Notes: generated by a model from the letters alone, not told the origin. 64,000 bases of DNA from Mizuhopecten yessoensis (GCF_002113885.1 NW_018408622.1:741967-805966), one strand, 5' to 3'. Numbered from the stretch's first letter, positions 34,692 to 48,210 are shown. Translations and numbers: made by a program.

Positions 34692-34782
34692 TTAACTCAT
34701 TCACCCCTGAAATTTCATAATGAACTATTCCAACCTTTGAATTGGAAGAGTTCAAATGTGCCTTCAGGGGTGAATGAGTTAA
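34692..34782. mobile_element. piggyBac-like MITE, subfamily B
   Basis: TTAA-CTCATTCACCCCTGAA...TTCAGGGGTGAATGAG-TTAA. Confidence 0.88.
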
Positions 34783-35591
34783 AACAAGCATGTACTTTTT
34801 AAAACCTTTTTTTAGGTTAAAATCAATTTTCCTAATAACAGCTAAGTGTACATGTATTTGCAAAACAAAAATTCAGAAGTTTTAAAGAGGTATGTTGCTA
34901 ATGTTACATTGGTGTATTGTGCTTACATATAATTATTACAGCTTTATAAAGCATCAAGTCCATTCAGAAATTATTGCTGGTATTGGGATTAATTTCTTTA
35001 TCTTGCATGAGAAACATGGTTATTTCAGAAAAACAAAGCTTTATTATTCAGTAAACCGTGAATCCCTTTCTAGGAAAAAGACTTTCTGGTCAATAAACCT
35101 TATTGGGAATTATTTTATACTTCAACAGAAAAGTTTTGTAGGGGTAAAAACACTGCCAATTGTATTTTCAAAATGTTTATGACAAGTTTTCTGTTTCCGT
35201 TAATCAAACATATTAGTTATCGATACCTGTAGTTGATAGTCTGGATTGTGTCTTGCCAGTACGACTAGTGCTTGATCAATGTTAACCTAAATAAGCATAA
35301 TATTTTCATTCTTACTGTACTAACAAGTTTTATGCATGCATTACAAGAGAGTGGGAGTAAGCTAATGGGTTGAAGACAAACCCAGTGTTGAGATTATTCA
35401 TCCTTATACATTATGTAATATATTCATCATGACATTTTCATTACACTAAATATCCATATAAAAATTATTAAGGGAAAGATGATTAACAACTGTGATGTTG
35501 CATCTGGTTGTTACTAGTTAAATATACCATAATCTAATCTGTAGTAACACACCAATGAAGGGGAGACTCATCTATTTACAGATGTGGTCTC

Positions 35592-35683
35592 TTAACCTAT
35601 TCACCCCTAAAAGTCATACTTGAACCTTACCCAATCAAAGACTGGGCAAGTCCAGTTTAGATATGAAGGGGTGAATGAGTTAA
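35592..35683. mobile_element. piggyBac-like MITE, diverged variant
   Basis: TTAA-CCTATTCACCCCT...AGGGGTGAATGAG-TTAA. Confidence 0.8.
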
Positions 35684-35757
35684 AAGAGTATAAACATATA
35701 TTAACTATTTTATTGGTATAAGAAATTGGTGGCCGCTTTTGAAGAGAGAGGATATCT

Positions 35758-35999
35758 TACCGTATATAACGGCAATAAGCCCATGCCTGGTTATAAGCCC
35801 ATACCTGGTAATAAGCCCATGCCTGGCAATAAGCCCATGCCTGGTAATAAGCCCATGCCTGGTAATAAGCCCACCAATATGTATTGCAGTTAGGAAAAAA
35901 TGCTAACAAAAGCTTTTTCATTGTAATAAGCCCATCTAGGTGCTTTCAGTCAGATATTATATGTTGGCCCCCGCGGCTTATTGCTGGATAAATACGGTA
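35758..35999. mobile_element. Tc2-like (TcMar) MITE with five internal 18-bp repeats
   Basis: TA-CCGTATATAACGGCAATAAGCC...GGCTTATTGCTGGATAAATACGG-TA; aataagcccatgcctggt x5. Confidence 0.85.
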
Positions 36000-38113
36000 A
36001 TAATGGTGGTATCTAGCAGATTCGACTGTACTTAACACAGAGGAAGCTAATTTAGACAAAAATATCACTTGAACTCAATTACAAGTTAACAAATTTGTTT
36101 GGATTAAAATGTCTGATGTTTCAATCACTGTTTTACACTGTTTCCCTGCCAAGAGGCTGATGTCTTCAGGTGCTGATTTGTGGATCATTATTCTGAGATT
36201 GGTTACAAAGGGAAAGTGATGTAAATAATGACTATTTTTAACAGAGCTTCCAAGAAAAGGAATATTGCAATAGATTTTATTTTTCATGTTTTAGCATAGA
36301 TTTTAAGATCTACTGTTTTTTATTCATGTTTATTAAAAAGTGACAAAAGAAAATCTTGTCTTGGAGATTAAGATATTGAAAAAGGAAGTTTCAAATAACA
36401 TATTAAGAAAACAATATAATGTAGAGAAAAAAACTTAATTACGGAAAGACGAACACCACTTTCGTCAGCCTTTGATTGTTGATCATCATTTGAAATGAAA
36501 ACAGTAAATATTAAAAAAAATAGTTTTGACCGAATTGTACATGGCATCATCTGTAACATTGTCTTCCATTGATCCATATAGTTTTTATACTTAACAAGTG
36601 GCATTGACCATGTCGACATGCTGAGAGAGAGTTAACGCATGTTTACACCATTAACCAGTGCTAACCACTGGTAACTGTTGTTGACAAATTATCTGTTGTT
36701 AACGAGAATAACATTGGTCTGCTAACCTGTTAGCGGACGAGGTTAACTTGAGAGATACCAAAGACTGACATAGACTATCAGTGTACATTTCTGTTTTAAT
36801 CATTGTTGTTAATGCATTACAAGGGATCACTGGATAGTTGTAAAAATGAAATCTTAAAGAATGAAGAATGTCTTATGTTGTTTTTTCCTACAAATTATAT
36901 GCCACCAATGTAATGTCGCTTTGAATCGACAAACATAACATGGCGATTCTGGTCTCTACATTTGCAATGGTCAGAATGTTTTTCATACATTACTATATAT
37001 TACAGCTTGGTCTTATAAAGACAAAGAACAACTTGATGCCCTAAGAGAAACTCTAGACTTAAGAGAAACTCTAGACTTAAGAGACACAGTGCATACAGCA
37101 GTAAACATAATTCATTTCCACGCCGTATTGAGACTATTTTTTGAGTTAAATTTAATCGGGGAAAAAAAATTTCCTAAGATTTTGAGATACCAGCTACATA
37201 TTTTCTAATTCAAAATGATAAGCCATGTATTAATTGGTCATTGAAAAGTTTCCTTTTATTGAAACTAGTAAAATAGAATCTAACACCACATCATCAATAC
37301 AGGAGGATAAGGTCTGAATTAATAAGTCATAACGTGAAGATTAAACATCGCTAACACACAAAGACAAGATATAAAACTCAGTCTTTACCACAAAACTATC
37401 ACATCTGTGATGCTATACGAAAGGACAAAATCTGTGCTCTTAACTTATTACGTAAAGACCAACACCAGATTAATACGCAAGGAAAGAAACGGTTTAAAAG
37501 TTTGAATGTAAATATTACCTACATCTTCAATACACAAATAATCTTATATTGAATGGTCGCTATGTGAATATTATCATATCGTCAAAGAACAAGAACAAAA
37601 TCTGAACTCAAAAGTCGGTACACATTGCCAACACCAGGGTTACAGCCGACAACGAACGGAAAAACTGTATGAATGCCTACAAGAAATCCTGGCGTTCCAG
37701 AAGAATAGGCGTTACCTACACCCGGACCTTCAATATGTCTCCTGTTAAACCAGGGAAGATGTTTAAAATCTTGTGAAGTTATGTGAACGCCTAATCCAAA
37801 TAATAGTCCTTTTCTGCTTCAGCCAGAATATTGAAGATAAAGTTAATGATATACAACATTTTATATACTGCCCTATCTAGCTAGACTAAGCCACTTTAAA
37901 GTGCGTTACTGCACATATATACAATTAATACAATTAGCATATACATTAATCAATACAATTTTTGAGGAATTTGTATCAGCCGCTAACTACTAGTCCTATG
38001 CCACCTGGTAAATATCTCCCTATGTGTGTGTGCCTGCTTGTGTGCTGGAGATGTAAGAACATCAATCATTATAAACTTTGATGTCTGGCCTAGGTAGGTT
38101 GAGGACAATTTCT

Positions 38114-38660
38114 AACAAGAGTACCGCGGGGCGGAACAATATACGACCGTCGAATGCCATATAGTGTTATATACTTTCTTACATTGAAATAAGATCTGCA
38201 TCATTCTAAGAGTGGTTAGCTGACATGCTATATAAAATGAACTTTTGCAAAAATTGTCGAATCAAAATTCTTTTCAAGGAAACACAACATATCATGAGCC
38301 TACTAAGTTTAAATCCGTCAAAAAATGTAGGAGGAGATCTCCGGACAAACAAATCAAATACCGATATGAACAAAGGGCCATAACTTTTGGAAAAATTGTC
38401 GAATCAAAATTCGTTAATGGGAGATACACTTTCATATCATGATTATAATGTTTACCAATTTTCAAAGAGATCCGTTGAAAAATGTAGGAGGAAATTGCTG
38501 GACAAAAATCAAAAACTGAAATAAACAAAGGTCAATAACTTTTTGAAATATTGTCGAATTTAAATTCGTTTACGGGAGCCACAACTTCATACCATGGTTA
38601 TAACGTATACCAATTTTCAAAGAGGTCGGTCGAAAAATGTAGGAGGAAATTGCGGTTTTA
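38114..38660 (-). mobile_element. Truncated Helentron/HINE-like element with about 150-bp internal repeats
   Basis: AACAAGAG terminus (reverse complement of the CTCTTGTT end at 42839), small GC hairpin, three aacttttg.aaaaattgtcgaat units near 38240, 38382 and 38536. Confidence 0.6.
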
Positions 38661-38851
38661 CCCAAGTGAAATCGGCCCTACTATGTATCTATATGTTAAA
38701 TACATGGGATATATACCTTTTCCAGTACAAATATATTAAAGGATTTATTTAATTACGTATTGGTGTTGTTGTTTTGTTTTTATTGCCTTACCCAAACAAT
38801 GATGTTCGCCTACCAGACTGTTGTTATAGTTGAGTAGCTCATAATTACGGG

Positions 38852-39228
38852 CTGTTCACTTTACACACCGGTCCTAATCTAACACTGTTCACTTTACACA
38901 CTGGTCCTACTCTAAAACTGTTCACTTTACACACCGGTCCTACTCCAACACTGTTCCCTTTACACACCGGTCCTACTCCAACACTGTTCCCTTTACACAC
39001 CGGTCCTACTCCAACACTGTTCCCTTTACACACCGGTCCTACTCTAACACTGTTCACTTTACACATCGGTCCTACTCTATCACTGTTCACTTTACACACC
39101 GGTCCTGCTCTAAAACTGTTCACTTTACACACCGGTCCTACTCTTACACTGTTCACTTTACACACCGGTCCTACTCTAAAACTGTTCCCTTTACACACCG
39201 TCCTACCCTAAAACTGTTCACTATACAC
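38852..39228. repeat. 33-bp minisatellite, about 11.5 units
   Basis: ctgttcactttacacaccggtcctactctaaca. Confidence 0.97.
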
Positions 39229-39239
39229 AAAATGTACCA

Positions 39240-39825
39240 CTGAAAAACGAAATTAAGGTTAGATATAGAAAGATCACAGAAGGAACTGAGGAGACACCAA
39301 AATAAAAGAAACCCCAAATAAGGAGTTGAGGAGACACCAACACAACAGGAAACCCCAAATAAGCAATTAATGAGACACCAAAACAACAGGAATCCCCAAA
39401 TAAGGAATTGAGGCGACACTAAAACAACAGGAACCCTTAAATAAAGCGGTGAGGAGACACCAAAACCACAGGAACCCTTAAACAAGAGGCCCAAAGGCAT
39501 TGGCGGTCACCTGAGTTATATCAAAGGTACAGGTAGTTGAATTTCGTTAGGTAATGATAATTTAGTTAAGGATCTTTCCTTCCATGAACAGTAAAACATC
39601 TGAGTCTTATGAAGAAGATTTTTTTTAACTTTTAACCATTATCACCTTTTGGGCCCCACCCCTCCAGCCCCTGGGGATGGGACAGGCTCTTATTTTCTCA
39701 TACCATCTTATTGCCATCTAGAATCATAATCATTCCAACCAAGTTTGAATAATTTCCTGCTGAAAATGGACAAAATATACCCAAAATTCAATATTTCCCT
39801 ATATAAATTAAAGTCAACTTTACCC
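39240..39825 (-). repeat. 586-bp inverted duplicate of 42502-43087
   Basis: Reverse complement matches with identical length and no mismatch seen; explains the identical ORFs 39171-39500(-) and 42827-43099(+). Confidence 0.95.
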
Positions 39826-40339
39826 TGTTCACTGTTGGTAATATGCATGCCCTTACATGAGTTAATCAGCGTGGACATTTCAATTATAAAACGCGAGACT
39901 ATATATAGCTAGTGGCCTTGGGTGTCGCACTGATTTGAACTTATCCGTTTGTTTAGCAACTTAGTGATGCCATGAGTAACTCATTAATTAAACAGCAACA
40001 ATGGTGTTATTTGTTCTTTTGTACGACAAACTATTACATGAAGTACTGTACTGTAGGTACAATGTCTGAAGACTAGATATTGTGCGTCCCTACATTTATT
40101 TTTTGACGGTGGACCTCTCGTATCCCCCTTGCGGGCGGGACGCCAAATTAAGCCCCCTGTGGATTCATACATTTGTCATCACCAGGTTGCCCCTATAATA
40201 ATACCATCTGACTTCTAAAACACGCTGTTGATAGAGAATTTGAACCGAAACTTTAATTTTTCTTTCCAGTACACAAAACAGTCTTTGGGCCATACTTAAA
40301 AAATGTTTTCTTCTTCTTGTTAATTAAACATAAAAACAA

Positions 40340-40552
40340 TCCTCAGAACACGGGAAATCGCTTCTGAGACGTTCTAGAAAACACAATTTTTTGGGGGGAG
40401 ATCCCCCAAACCCCCCTTACGGGAGGGGGAATACCCCCCTCCCGTAGCCTCCCCCTACTCGCGCTACGCGCTCGGGCAGCAGCACACCGTTGACTATATA
40501 TTGAGAAATATTTCTCGGCCCCCACTTTTAGGAAATCCTGGATCCGCCCCTG
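40340..40552. mobile_element. One end of a GC-rich non-autonomous DNA transposon (hAT-like CAGGGGCGGATCCAGG terminus)
   Basis: Ends CCTGGATCCGCCCCTG; internal hairpins GGGGGAGATCCCCC and ACGGGAGGGGGAATACCCCCTCCCGT; partner terminus not found. Confidence 0.6.
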
Positions 40553-41673
40553 ACATTACACACTGTTCACTTTACATGTGACACATGCAGTTTTACTGAC
40601 TTTTATTCATGGATCAATTTGTTTAAGTTGGCTTCTCATTGTTCTTATTAAGGACGTTTAAAACTCTTTAGAGAACTTACACTTTGAATACAGCTGATTT
40701 GCGTTTCCACATTTGGCATTATCTGGTTAGGTACGACATGTTGACAAACAAACCATTAACAGAAATTGATGATCGTCATCCTGACCTGATTTCTACGATA
40801 ATTAAACGGCTGCTGTTCCTGTTTGGATTTTGTTTTTTTTATTGACGATATGCCATCATATGGAATATTTGTACATTTTTATCAATAGACGAATGCAAAG
40901 AATTACAAAATAGATAACGTTTTCAATGATTTCCGTATTTATTTATGTACATGTATTTACTTCACCCATTTGTATTATTATATTTTTCACACAATATGTT
41001 GATGTCCTGATGTTCGTATTGTTTGTAGAGCTTAAAATGTTTGGAAAACCCTAACACATAGAAGAATAAAACCTGTTATTATCAATTTAACAGTGACCTA
41101 CTATATTGACTATCTGACCCTCTAGTAGCAGCTGGTTCACCTTAGATTTTGTCGGGTTGATAAACTTGTTTTCTTTTGGTATCAACCCAGTTCCTGATCT
41201 GGTCTTTTCTTTTGTTTCCTCAGTTCCATATTTTGGGCTTCCTTTTATTTTGGTGTCTCCTCAGTTCCTTATTTGGTTTTAACTTTGTATTGGTGTCTCC
41301 TCGGTCCCTGTTGTTGTTTTGGTTTCTCCTCAGTTTCTTATTGTTTTTTATTTTGGGTTTCCTTTTGGTTTGGTGTCTCCTCAAGGCTTTATTTAAGGGT
41401 TCCTGTTGTTTAAGTGTCTCATCGGTTCTTTATTTTGGGTTTCCGTTTGTTTTGGTGTCTTCTCAGCGTTTTATTTAAGGGAACCTATTGTTTTGGTGTC
41501 TCATCGGTTCCTTATTTTGTGTTTTCTTTTTTGGTGTCTTCTCAGTTCCTTATTTTGGGTTTAACTTTGTTTTGGTCTCCTCGGTCCCTGGTGTTGTTTT
41601 CCTTTTTGTTTTGGTGTCTCCTCAGTTTCTTATTTGTGGTTTCCGGGTTTTTTTTGTGTCTCCTCAACGCTTT

Positions 41674-42846
41674 ATAAGGTCACCTGGGCCCACTTGTATA
41701 AAACATCTCAACTCTTGAGATTTCCTCAAGTCTAAGATTTTCCATAGACAATACATTGCTTGAGATTTTCCTTAACTTTGAGATGTTTTATACAAGTGGG
41801 CCCTGAGCTTTGCGCAAGTTACATTTTCTGATCGCTTTCCGTTGTCGTTGTGCGTTGTCCGTCGTGCGTCGTCCGTCGTGCGTAAACGTTTAACATTTTC
41901 GACTTCTTCTCAAGAACCAGCGGATGGATTTTTTTCAAACTAAGCCAGAATCATCCTTGGTAGATGAGGCCACCAAATTATAAAATTGGGTATCTACCTT
42001 AACCCAAGGGGCCAGGGTGGGGTACCAAAGGGAAAATTTACCAATATTTCAAAAATCTTTTTCTCCAGACTCAGAGGTACATATACTACAGTCAATTTCT
42101 CTGCATGGATGGAAAAATCATCAGGGGCTTTATTTGAATTCTAATTTTCAGTACCCCCCGGGCTATCCGTTCTACCTTGGGGCGGGGATCAAGTTTTCTA
42201 TAGTTTATTTAGGGAAAAAACACTTTTAGGTATATCTTGGCTATTTTCAGTTGGAAATTAATCTTACTTGGTGAGAATCATCCTTTGAGGAAGATGGTAT
42301 CAAATTGTAAAATTCAGATTCCTACCCCAACCCCCAGGAGCCAGGGCGGGGCACCAAAGGGAAAATTAACACAATATTTCAAAAATATTCTTCTTCAGGA
42401 TGTATTATAATCAAATTCTGTGGATGGGTATAAAATCCGTTAGGGGCTTTGTGTATTTTTCAATTTAATACCCCCGGGCCATCCATTCTCGCTTGGAGAG
42501 GGGGTAAAGTTGACTTTAATTTATATAGGGAAATATTGAATTTTGGGTATATTTTGTCCATTTTCAGCAGGAAATTATTCAAACTTGGTTGGAATGATTA
42601 TGATTCTAGATGGCAATAAGATGGTATGAGAAAATAAGAGCCTGTCCCATCCCCAGGGGCTGGAGGGGTGGGGCCCAAAAGGTGATAATGGTTAAAAGTT
42701 AAAAAAAATCTTCTTCATAAGACTCAGATGTTTTACTGTTCATGGAAGGAAAGATCCTTAACTAAATTATCATTACCTAACGAAATTCAACTACCTGTAC
42801 CTTTGATATAACTCAGGTGACCGCCAATGCCTTTGGGCCTCTTGTT
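41674..42846 (+). mobile_element. Helentron-associated non-autonomous element (HINE/DINE-1-like)
   Basis: Subterminal inverted repeats GGTCACCTGAG / CTCAGGTGACC, CGTC/GTCC microsatellite (41838-41883), central repeats of about 320-bp period, short 3' stem-loop and CTCTTGTT end, inserted in a T run without TSD. Confidence 0.85.
41684..41805. mobile_element. PIF/Harbinger-like MITE nested in the HINE 5' subterminal repeat
   Basis: CTG-GGCCCACTTGTATAAAACATCTCAA...TTGAGATGTTTTATACAAGTGGGCC-CTG; excision restores GGTCACCTGAG. Confidence 0.92.
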
Positions 42847-45800
42847 TAAGGGTTCCTGTGGTTTTGGTGTCTCCTCACCGCTTTATTTAAGGGTTCCTGT
42901 TGTTTTAGTGTCGCCTCAATTCCTTATTTGGGGATTCCTGTTGTTTTGGTGTCTCATTAATTGCTTATTTGGGGTTTCCTGTTGTGTTGGTGTCTCCTCA
43001 ACTCCTTATTTGGGGTTTCTTTTATTTTGGTGTCTCCTCAGTTCCTTCTGTGATCTTTCTATATCTAACCTTAATTTCGTTTTTCAGGATTTGAGTTAGC
43101 TTTGAAATATAGGTTTTCAAATTGCGATAATATTTTGGGAAAAAACCATTTCACAAGATCTACTTACCAACGTTTATTAACCTTATTGTGGAATAACGCG
43201 TATTAAAATCTCTCTCTATATAACAATATGTAACTATAATAAGACTTAGCAGTGCAGACAGATAAACGTAATACACGTGCACACACTCAAACACACACCA
43301 CGTGATAAAAAAGATTGGCAAATACATACAATACACTAAACATCACCTACACCACATCACACAGTTACTAATTTGGTCTGTGTGAGTTTAAGGCTGTGGT
43401 GTTATTTTATGTAATTAAGTAGAAAGACCAAGAAGCATAAATAATAATAAAAACAAATAGCCACATTGGAAATTAATCCGAAATGTATGAAAATAATAAC
43501 AAGTTCAATGCGTAGCGGACCGGATTAATCTGATAATGTTTGTACAAGACGACTACCTCATGTTTTTGATTAAACACATCGTATAACTTATACAAGCAAA
43601 CCGATTGGTCTTTAGTTATTTCGGTTTCAGTTTTATGTTCTTATTTTGAATATCATCTTACATAGAACAGAATTTCATACGTGGCATAAGAAAGACTAAA
43701 TAATAATAATAATACACCAAACCATACAAAAGAAATGGGAAGGGTAATTTGCTATCAGTTATCTAAAACTGGATTTTAAGTAGCACTGCAAATTTCTAAA
43801 ATAAAATCTACCGATCGATTGTCATTTTTGAGGAGCAGAAAATTTCGTCAATAAAGACCTCAATATTTAAAGCAGTGAAGATTGAAGGAAGAATACGTCT
43901 CGGAATATCACAACGAGGACATATACAAATGAAATTATTACCTGATGTTGGTTACAATACATGTTTTAAAATCGATAATTATTCTATTTTGAATACATTC
44001 TACATATGTTCACCCAAAGATGGATAATAGAAAATGTTGGACGGTAAATGACTCCTACGAGACCTGTAATGAACCTTTCAGAGCGGTAGAGGTCCTATCG
44101 CTCGTACATGCTACACTATACTGTGTCATATTTCTCCACTCTGCTGCTGGTAATATGACACAGTTTACAGTTATACACACGTAGACCCAATTTCAGCTTC
44201 GCTTTGATATTTTCAGTCGTGATTATTCCTATTGTGGGATTTTCGTCAAACTTCGTTATCATTATAACATAAAATACTGCACAATTTTATAAGTTGCTGT
44301 TATTTCAGGAATACTTTTCTAGTTTGACCAGGTGATGAGGTGATATCTCCAGTTAAGAACGTGTAAATAGATGGTGAAACTATGATAAATCCTTCACTCA
44401 TTCTCAACAAGAACATTATCATCTGACCAAAATAGAAAATTGTTCTTGCTATTTACAGTCTTTTTTCTGTGATTGGTTCATAAATATTTTATTCATTAGT
44501 CTGATAAGCGGACACAATCTTCATTTCTTTAATCTATTAAATAGCAGCCTAATTCGCAAAAGGCACGGTTTACTCCGCCCACATCTACTGTTAATGACGT
44601 CACAATACCGTGTTTCTTGTGCGGAAAATTTGCATAGCTCCGCCCAAATGTATTGATGTCGGCATCATGAAAACTTGTCAAATTCTGAGATCAGATCATG
44701 AGGTGATAACTCCAGTTTGGAAACAACGGTTTATGGAGTGATTGTCACTGTAGACAGTAGTTATTGATATATTATAAACATACATGATATTTACGCCATT
44801 AAATATATCATGATTCAACTAAACTACTTTCAAATAACTTCTTTAAAAAAGTATTATGCAATACATGATTACAATGTCTTGTGTGACGTGAACAAGTATT
44901 TCATTGATAATTGAAAAAAGTTGCATAATAATAAATATTAGATGTGTACGTGCGTGGTCCACTTTTACATTGCAACTTTTAGATAGATAACCACCAGGTT
45001 CGTGTGTTCGAGACCTTCATATTAATGACAGATTACCAATCTGAAATACAGGGGTTATCCTTATTCTTATTACAAATCACTCATTTAGGTCAGTTTTACA
45101 TCACGCAAGTCCGTTGTGACGTCACGCGCGATAGTTAGTAAGGTATATCACGTGTATTATGTCCAAAACAATCAGTTAAGCAATAACAAAAATTGTTACA
45201 TTACAAAAAAAATATAGGCATACATTGCATAATAGTTTTTTATGGATAAAGACGTTATTTAAACACCGTTCAGTAGAATCAACACTTCTTAAATGGTGTA
45301 AATATGTGCTTAGATTTATATATCAATAAGAGAGACGTATAGAACAAACAAAAAAACAATGTCATAATATTAATATACACAACTGAATAGATCATAGCAA
45401 ATATGGTATTGGTAATACTTGTGTATAACTGTTAATTATGCAATATTACCAGTAGCAAACTGGGGAAACTGGACACAAAGCGTGCCAAAGGCCGGTCAGT
45501 TTTGACACACGGACAAGTGGCATCATATTGACCACAGCGTTAAAGCAGACTGACCACAACGTTAGATCACATCGGGGTGTGAAACAATTCAATGTCAATA
45601 AAAAGACAACCCGCCCCTCCTCGCCACGTCAGAGTCCAAAAGGTGATGTCATCTTGGGACTGCCGTAAACTTGGACTGATGTGGGCTGTCGGCTAACGAA
45701 TGGTAAATTATTGGCAACATTCTAAAGCTTATTAATTTAATTTTGAAACTAATTAGCTTTCCCTCGCAAAATGAAATAAAAGATGTCAACTGGTGGGAAG

Positions 45801-47135
45801 TTTCTATGTACGTTAATTACGTGCGTGTCACAATTAAGTTACAAGACCATATGGAGTACATGTGAAGATGATATTGAATTGGTAACTTTCATGTAGCATT
45901 TCTCTTTTTATTAACATACATGATCCATTGGTAAAATTTTATAGGTTTATTAAGTGAGTTTTAAACGAATCAGCTTTCCCTCGCAAAATGAAATAAAAAT
46001 TGTCAACAAATGGGACGTTTCTATAACGTTGGGTAGTAATCATTACATCAAACCTCATTGAATATCTGTTTAAGTTGGTAGTGAATGTGCTTATATATAA
46101 CCTTTTATTCTTTCAAGAAACGTATACTATTTGAAAACATGGAGAGTAAGTATTACGTCATTAATAAATGACATTAGCAACACCATAAAGACTCCATTAT
46201 TATTTAGAATCCTACATATGATCCAACAGCAAACTAGCTGTGGTATCTTTGCTCGGTCTCAGAGATGACATAGAAAAGGAGGTGCACGTTTGCTTTGCAG
46301 TGTAGGGACACACTCACATATTTATACGCAAAAGGTGAAAGATCAACCATTATTTACAAGCAACAACACAATGACGTTACAATAAATAAACAAATGAATA
46401 AAACTGGTGTTTTCCTTTTCTTTCCGAAAATTAGGAATCATGTGACAGTACATTTTATTTTCAAAGTTGCGTTTCTTTCCAAATCTTTTTATTTATTAAA
46501 CTCCATAAAGCTCGTTTAAAAAGATGGAATCGCGTCGGATTCATCTTTCTGGCTAAAATATTCGCTATTAAATGTGCAAGCATAAAATCATATCTATATT
46601 TTGTTAACGTTTACATATTGATATTCAGTGAACACGCAAACTAAAATCTTAATACAAATATATTCTGTATTTGTCCCATAAGAATAATTTAATTAACAAG
46701 GAGTGATGAACGTTCGGAGCAATGATGATTTCTCTATATGTTATTCCGATATTACCAAAACGTGTAAAGCTAATTAGAGCCATAGCTTATTCTAGAATTA
46801 ATACAAAGCACGTGAAGTGATAAGCTGCCTCTTTAATAGCGATACACGATCAGTGTAGTTACACGTTTTGTTGTCAAACAATTAAAACACCTAAATAAGT
46901 TATATCGGCAAATAATTATTACAAATGGCGAAAATAGCCAGGGAAATTGGAAGAGTACTGTTCCAGGTTTCTTTTAGGAAAAGCATAAGTAACATTATTT
47001 GATCGTGTTTTGTACTTAAGTTTCGTATTAATATGATACAATGGTTTATAAAAAGAAATGCTTTAGGCCCACCATCAACCTTTTTTCATAACTGGAGAAA
47101 AGATATGTTAGTATTGAAACGTTCCTCCGTAGTAA

Positions 47136-48210
47136 TACTGTCTGTTGTAAGAGTAATTTCTATAGTGCTAACAATATCTACTGTCTGTTGCAAGAGTAAT
47201 TTCTATAGTGCTAACAATATCTACTGTTTGTTGTAAGAGTAATTTCTATAGTGCTAACAATATCTACTGTTTGTTGTAAGAGTAATTTCTATAGTGCTAA
47301 CAATATCTACTGTTTGTTGTAAGAGTAATTTCTATAGTGCTAACAATATCTACTGTTTGTTGTAAGAGTAATTTCTATAGTGCTAACAATATCTACTGTT
47401 TGTTGTAAGAGTAATTTCTATAGTGCTAACAATATCTACTGTTTGTTGTAAGAGTAATTTCTATAGTGCTAACAATATCTACTGTTTGTTGTAAGAGTAA
47501 TTTCTATAGTGCTAACAATATCTACTGTTTGTTGTAAGAGTAATTTCTATAGTGCTAACAATATCTACTGTTTGTTGTAAGAGTAATTTCTATAGTGCTA
47601 ACAATATCTACTGTTTGTTGTAAGAGTAATTTCTATAGTGCTAACAATATCTACTGTTTGTTGTAAGAGTAATTTCTATAGTGCTAACAATATCTACTGT
47701 TTGTTGTAAGAGTAATTTCTATAGTGCTAACAATATCTACTGTTTGTTGTAAGAGTAATTTCTATAGTGCTAACAATATCTACTGTTTGTTGTAAGAGTA
47801 ATTTCTATAGTGCTAACAATATCTACTGTTTGTTGTAAGAGTAATTTCTATAGTGCTAACAATATCTACTGTTTGTTGTAAGAGTAATTTCTATAGTGCT
47901 AACAATATCTACTGTTTGTTGTAAGAGTAATTTCTATAGTGCTAACAATATCTACTTTCTGTTGTAAGAGGAATTTCTATAGCGCTAACAATATCTACTG
48001 TTTGTTGTAAGAGTAATTTCTATAGTGCTAACAATATCTACTGTTTGTTGTAAGAGTAATTTCTATAGTGCTAACACTATCTACTTTCTTTTGTAAGAGT
48101 AATTTATATAGTGCTAACAATATCTACTTTCTGTTGTAAGAGTAATTTCTATAGTGCTAACAATATCTACTTTCTGTTGTAATAGTAATTTATATAGTGC
48201 TTACAATATC
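47136..48210. repeat. 43-bp minisatellite, about 25 units, homogeneous core
   Basis: ttgtaagagtaatttctatagtgctaacaatatctactgtttg; variants confined to the edges. Confidence 0.98.

Larger units (their letters stand above)
41175..43047. repeat. Degenerate 41-bp minisatellite interrupted by a HINE
   Basis: ttttggtgtctcctcagttccttattttgggtttcc units at 41175-41672 and 42846-43047. Confidence 0.9.

Noticed and set aside
38845-39198. 11-aa repeat protein (VGPVCKVNS)
   Set aside because: It is a 33-bp minisatellite with no splice or start context.
39171-43099. Duplicated hydrophobic protein gene (MPLGLLFKGSCG..)
   Set aside because: The identity comes from the 586-bp inverted duplication of repeat DNA.
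44570-44650. snRNA-type promoter (octamer ATTTGCAT, two CTCCGCCC boxes, CRE)
   Set aside because: No recognisable snRNA sequence lies nearby, and such motifs are frequent in repeats.
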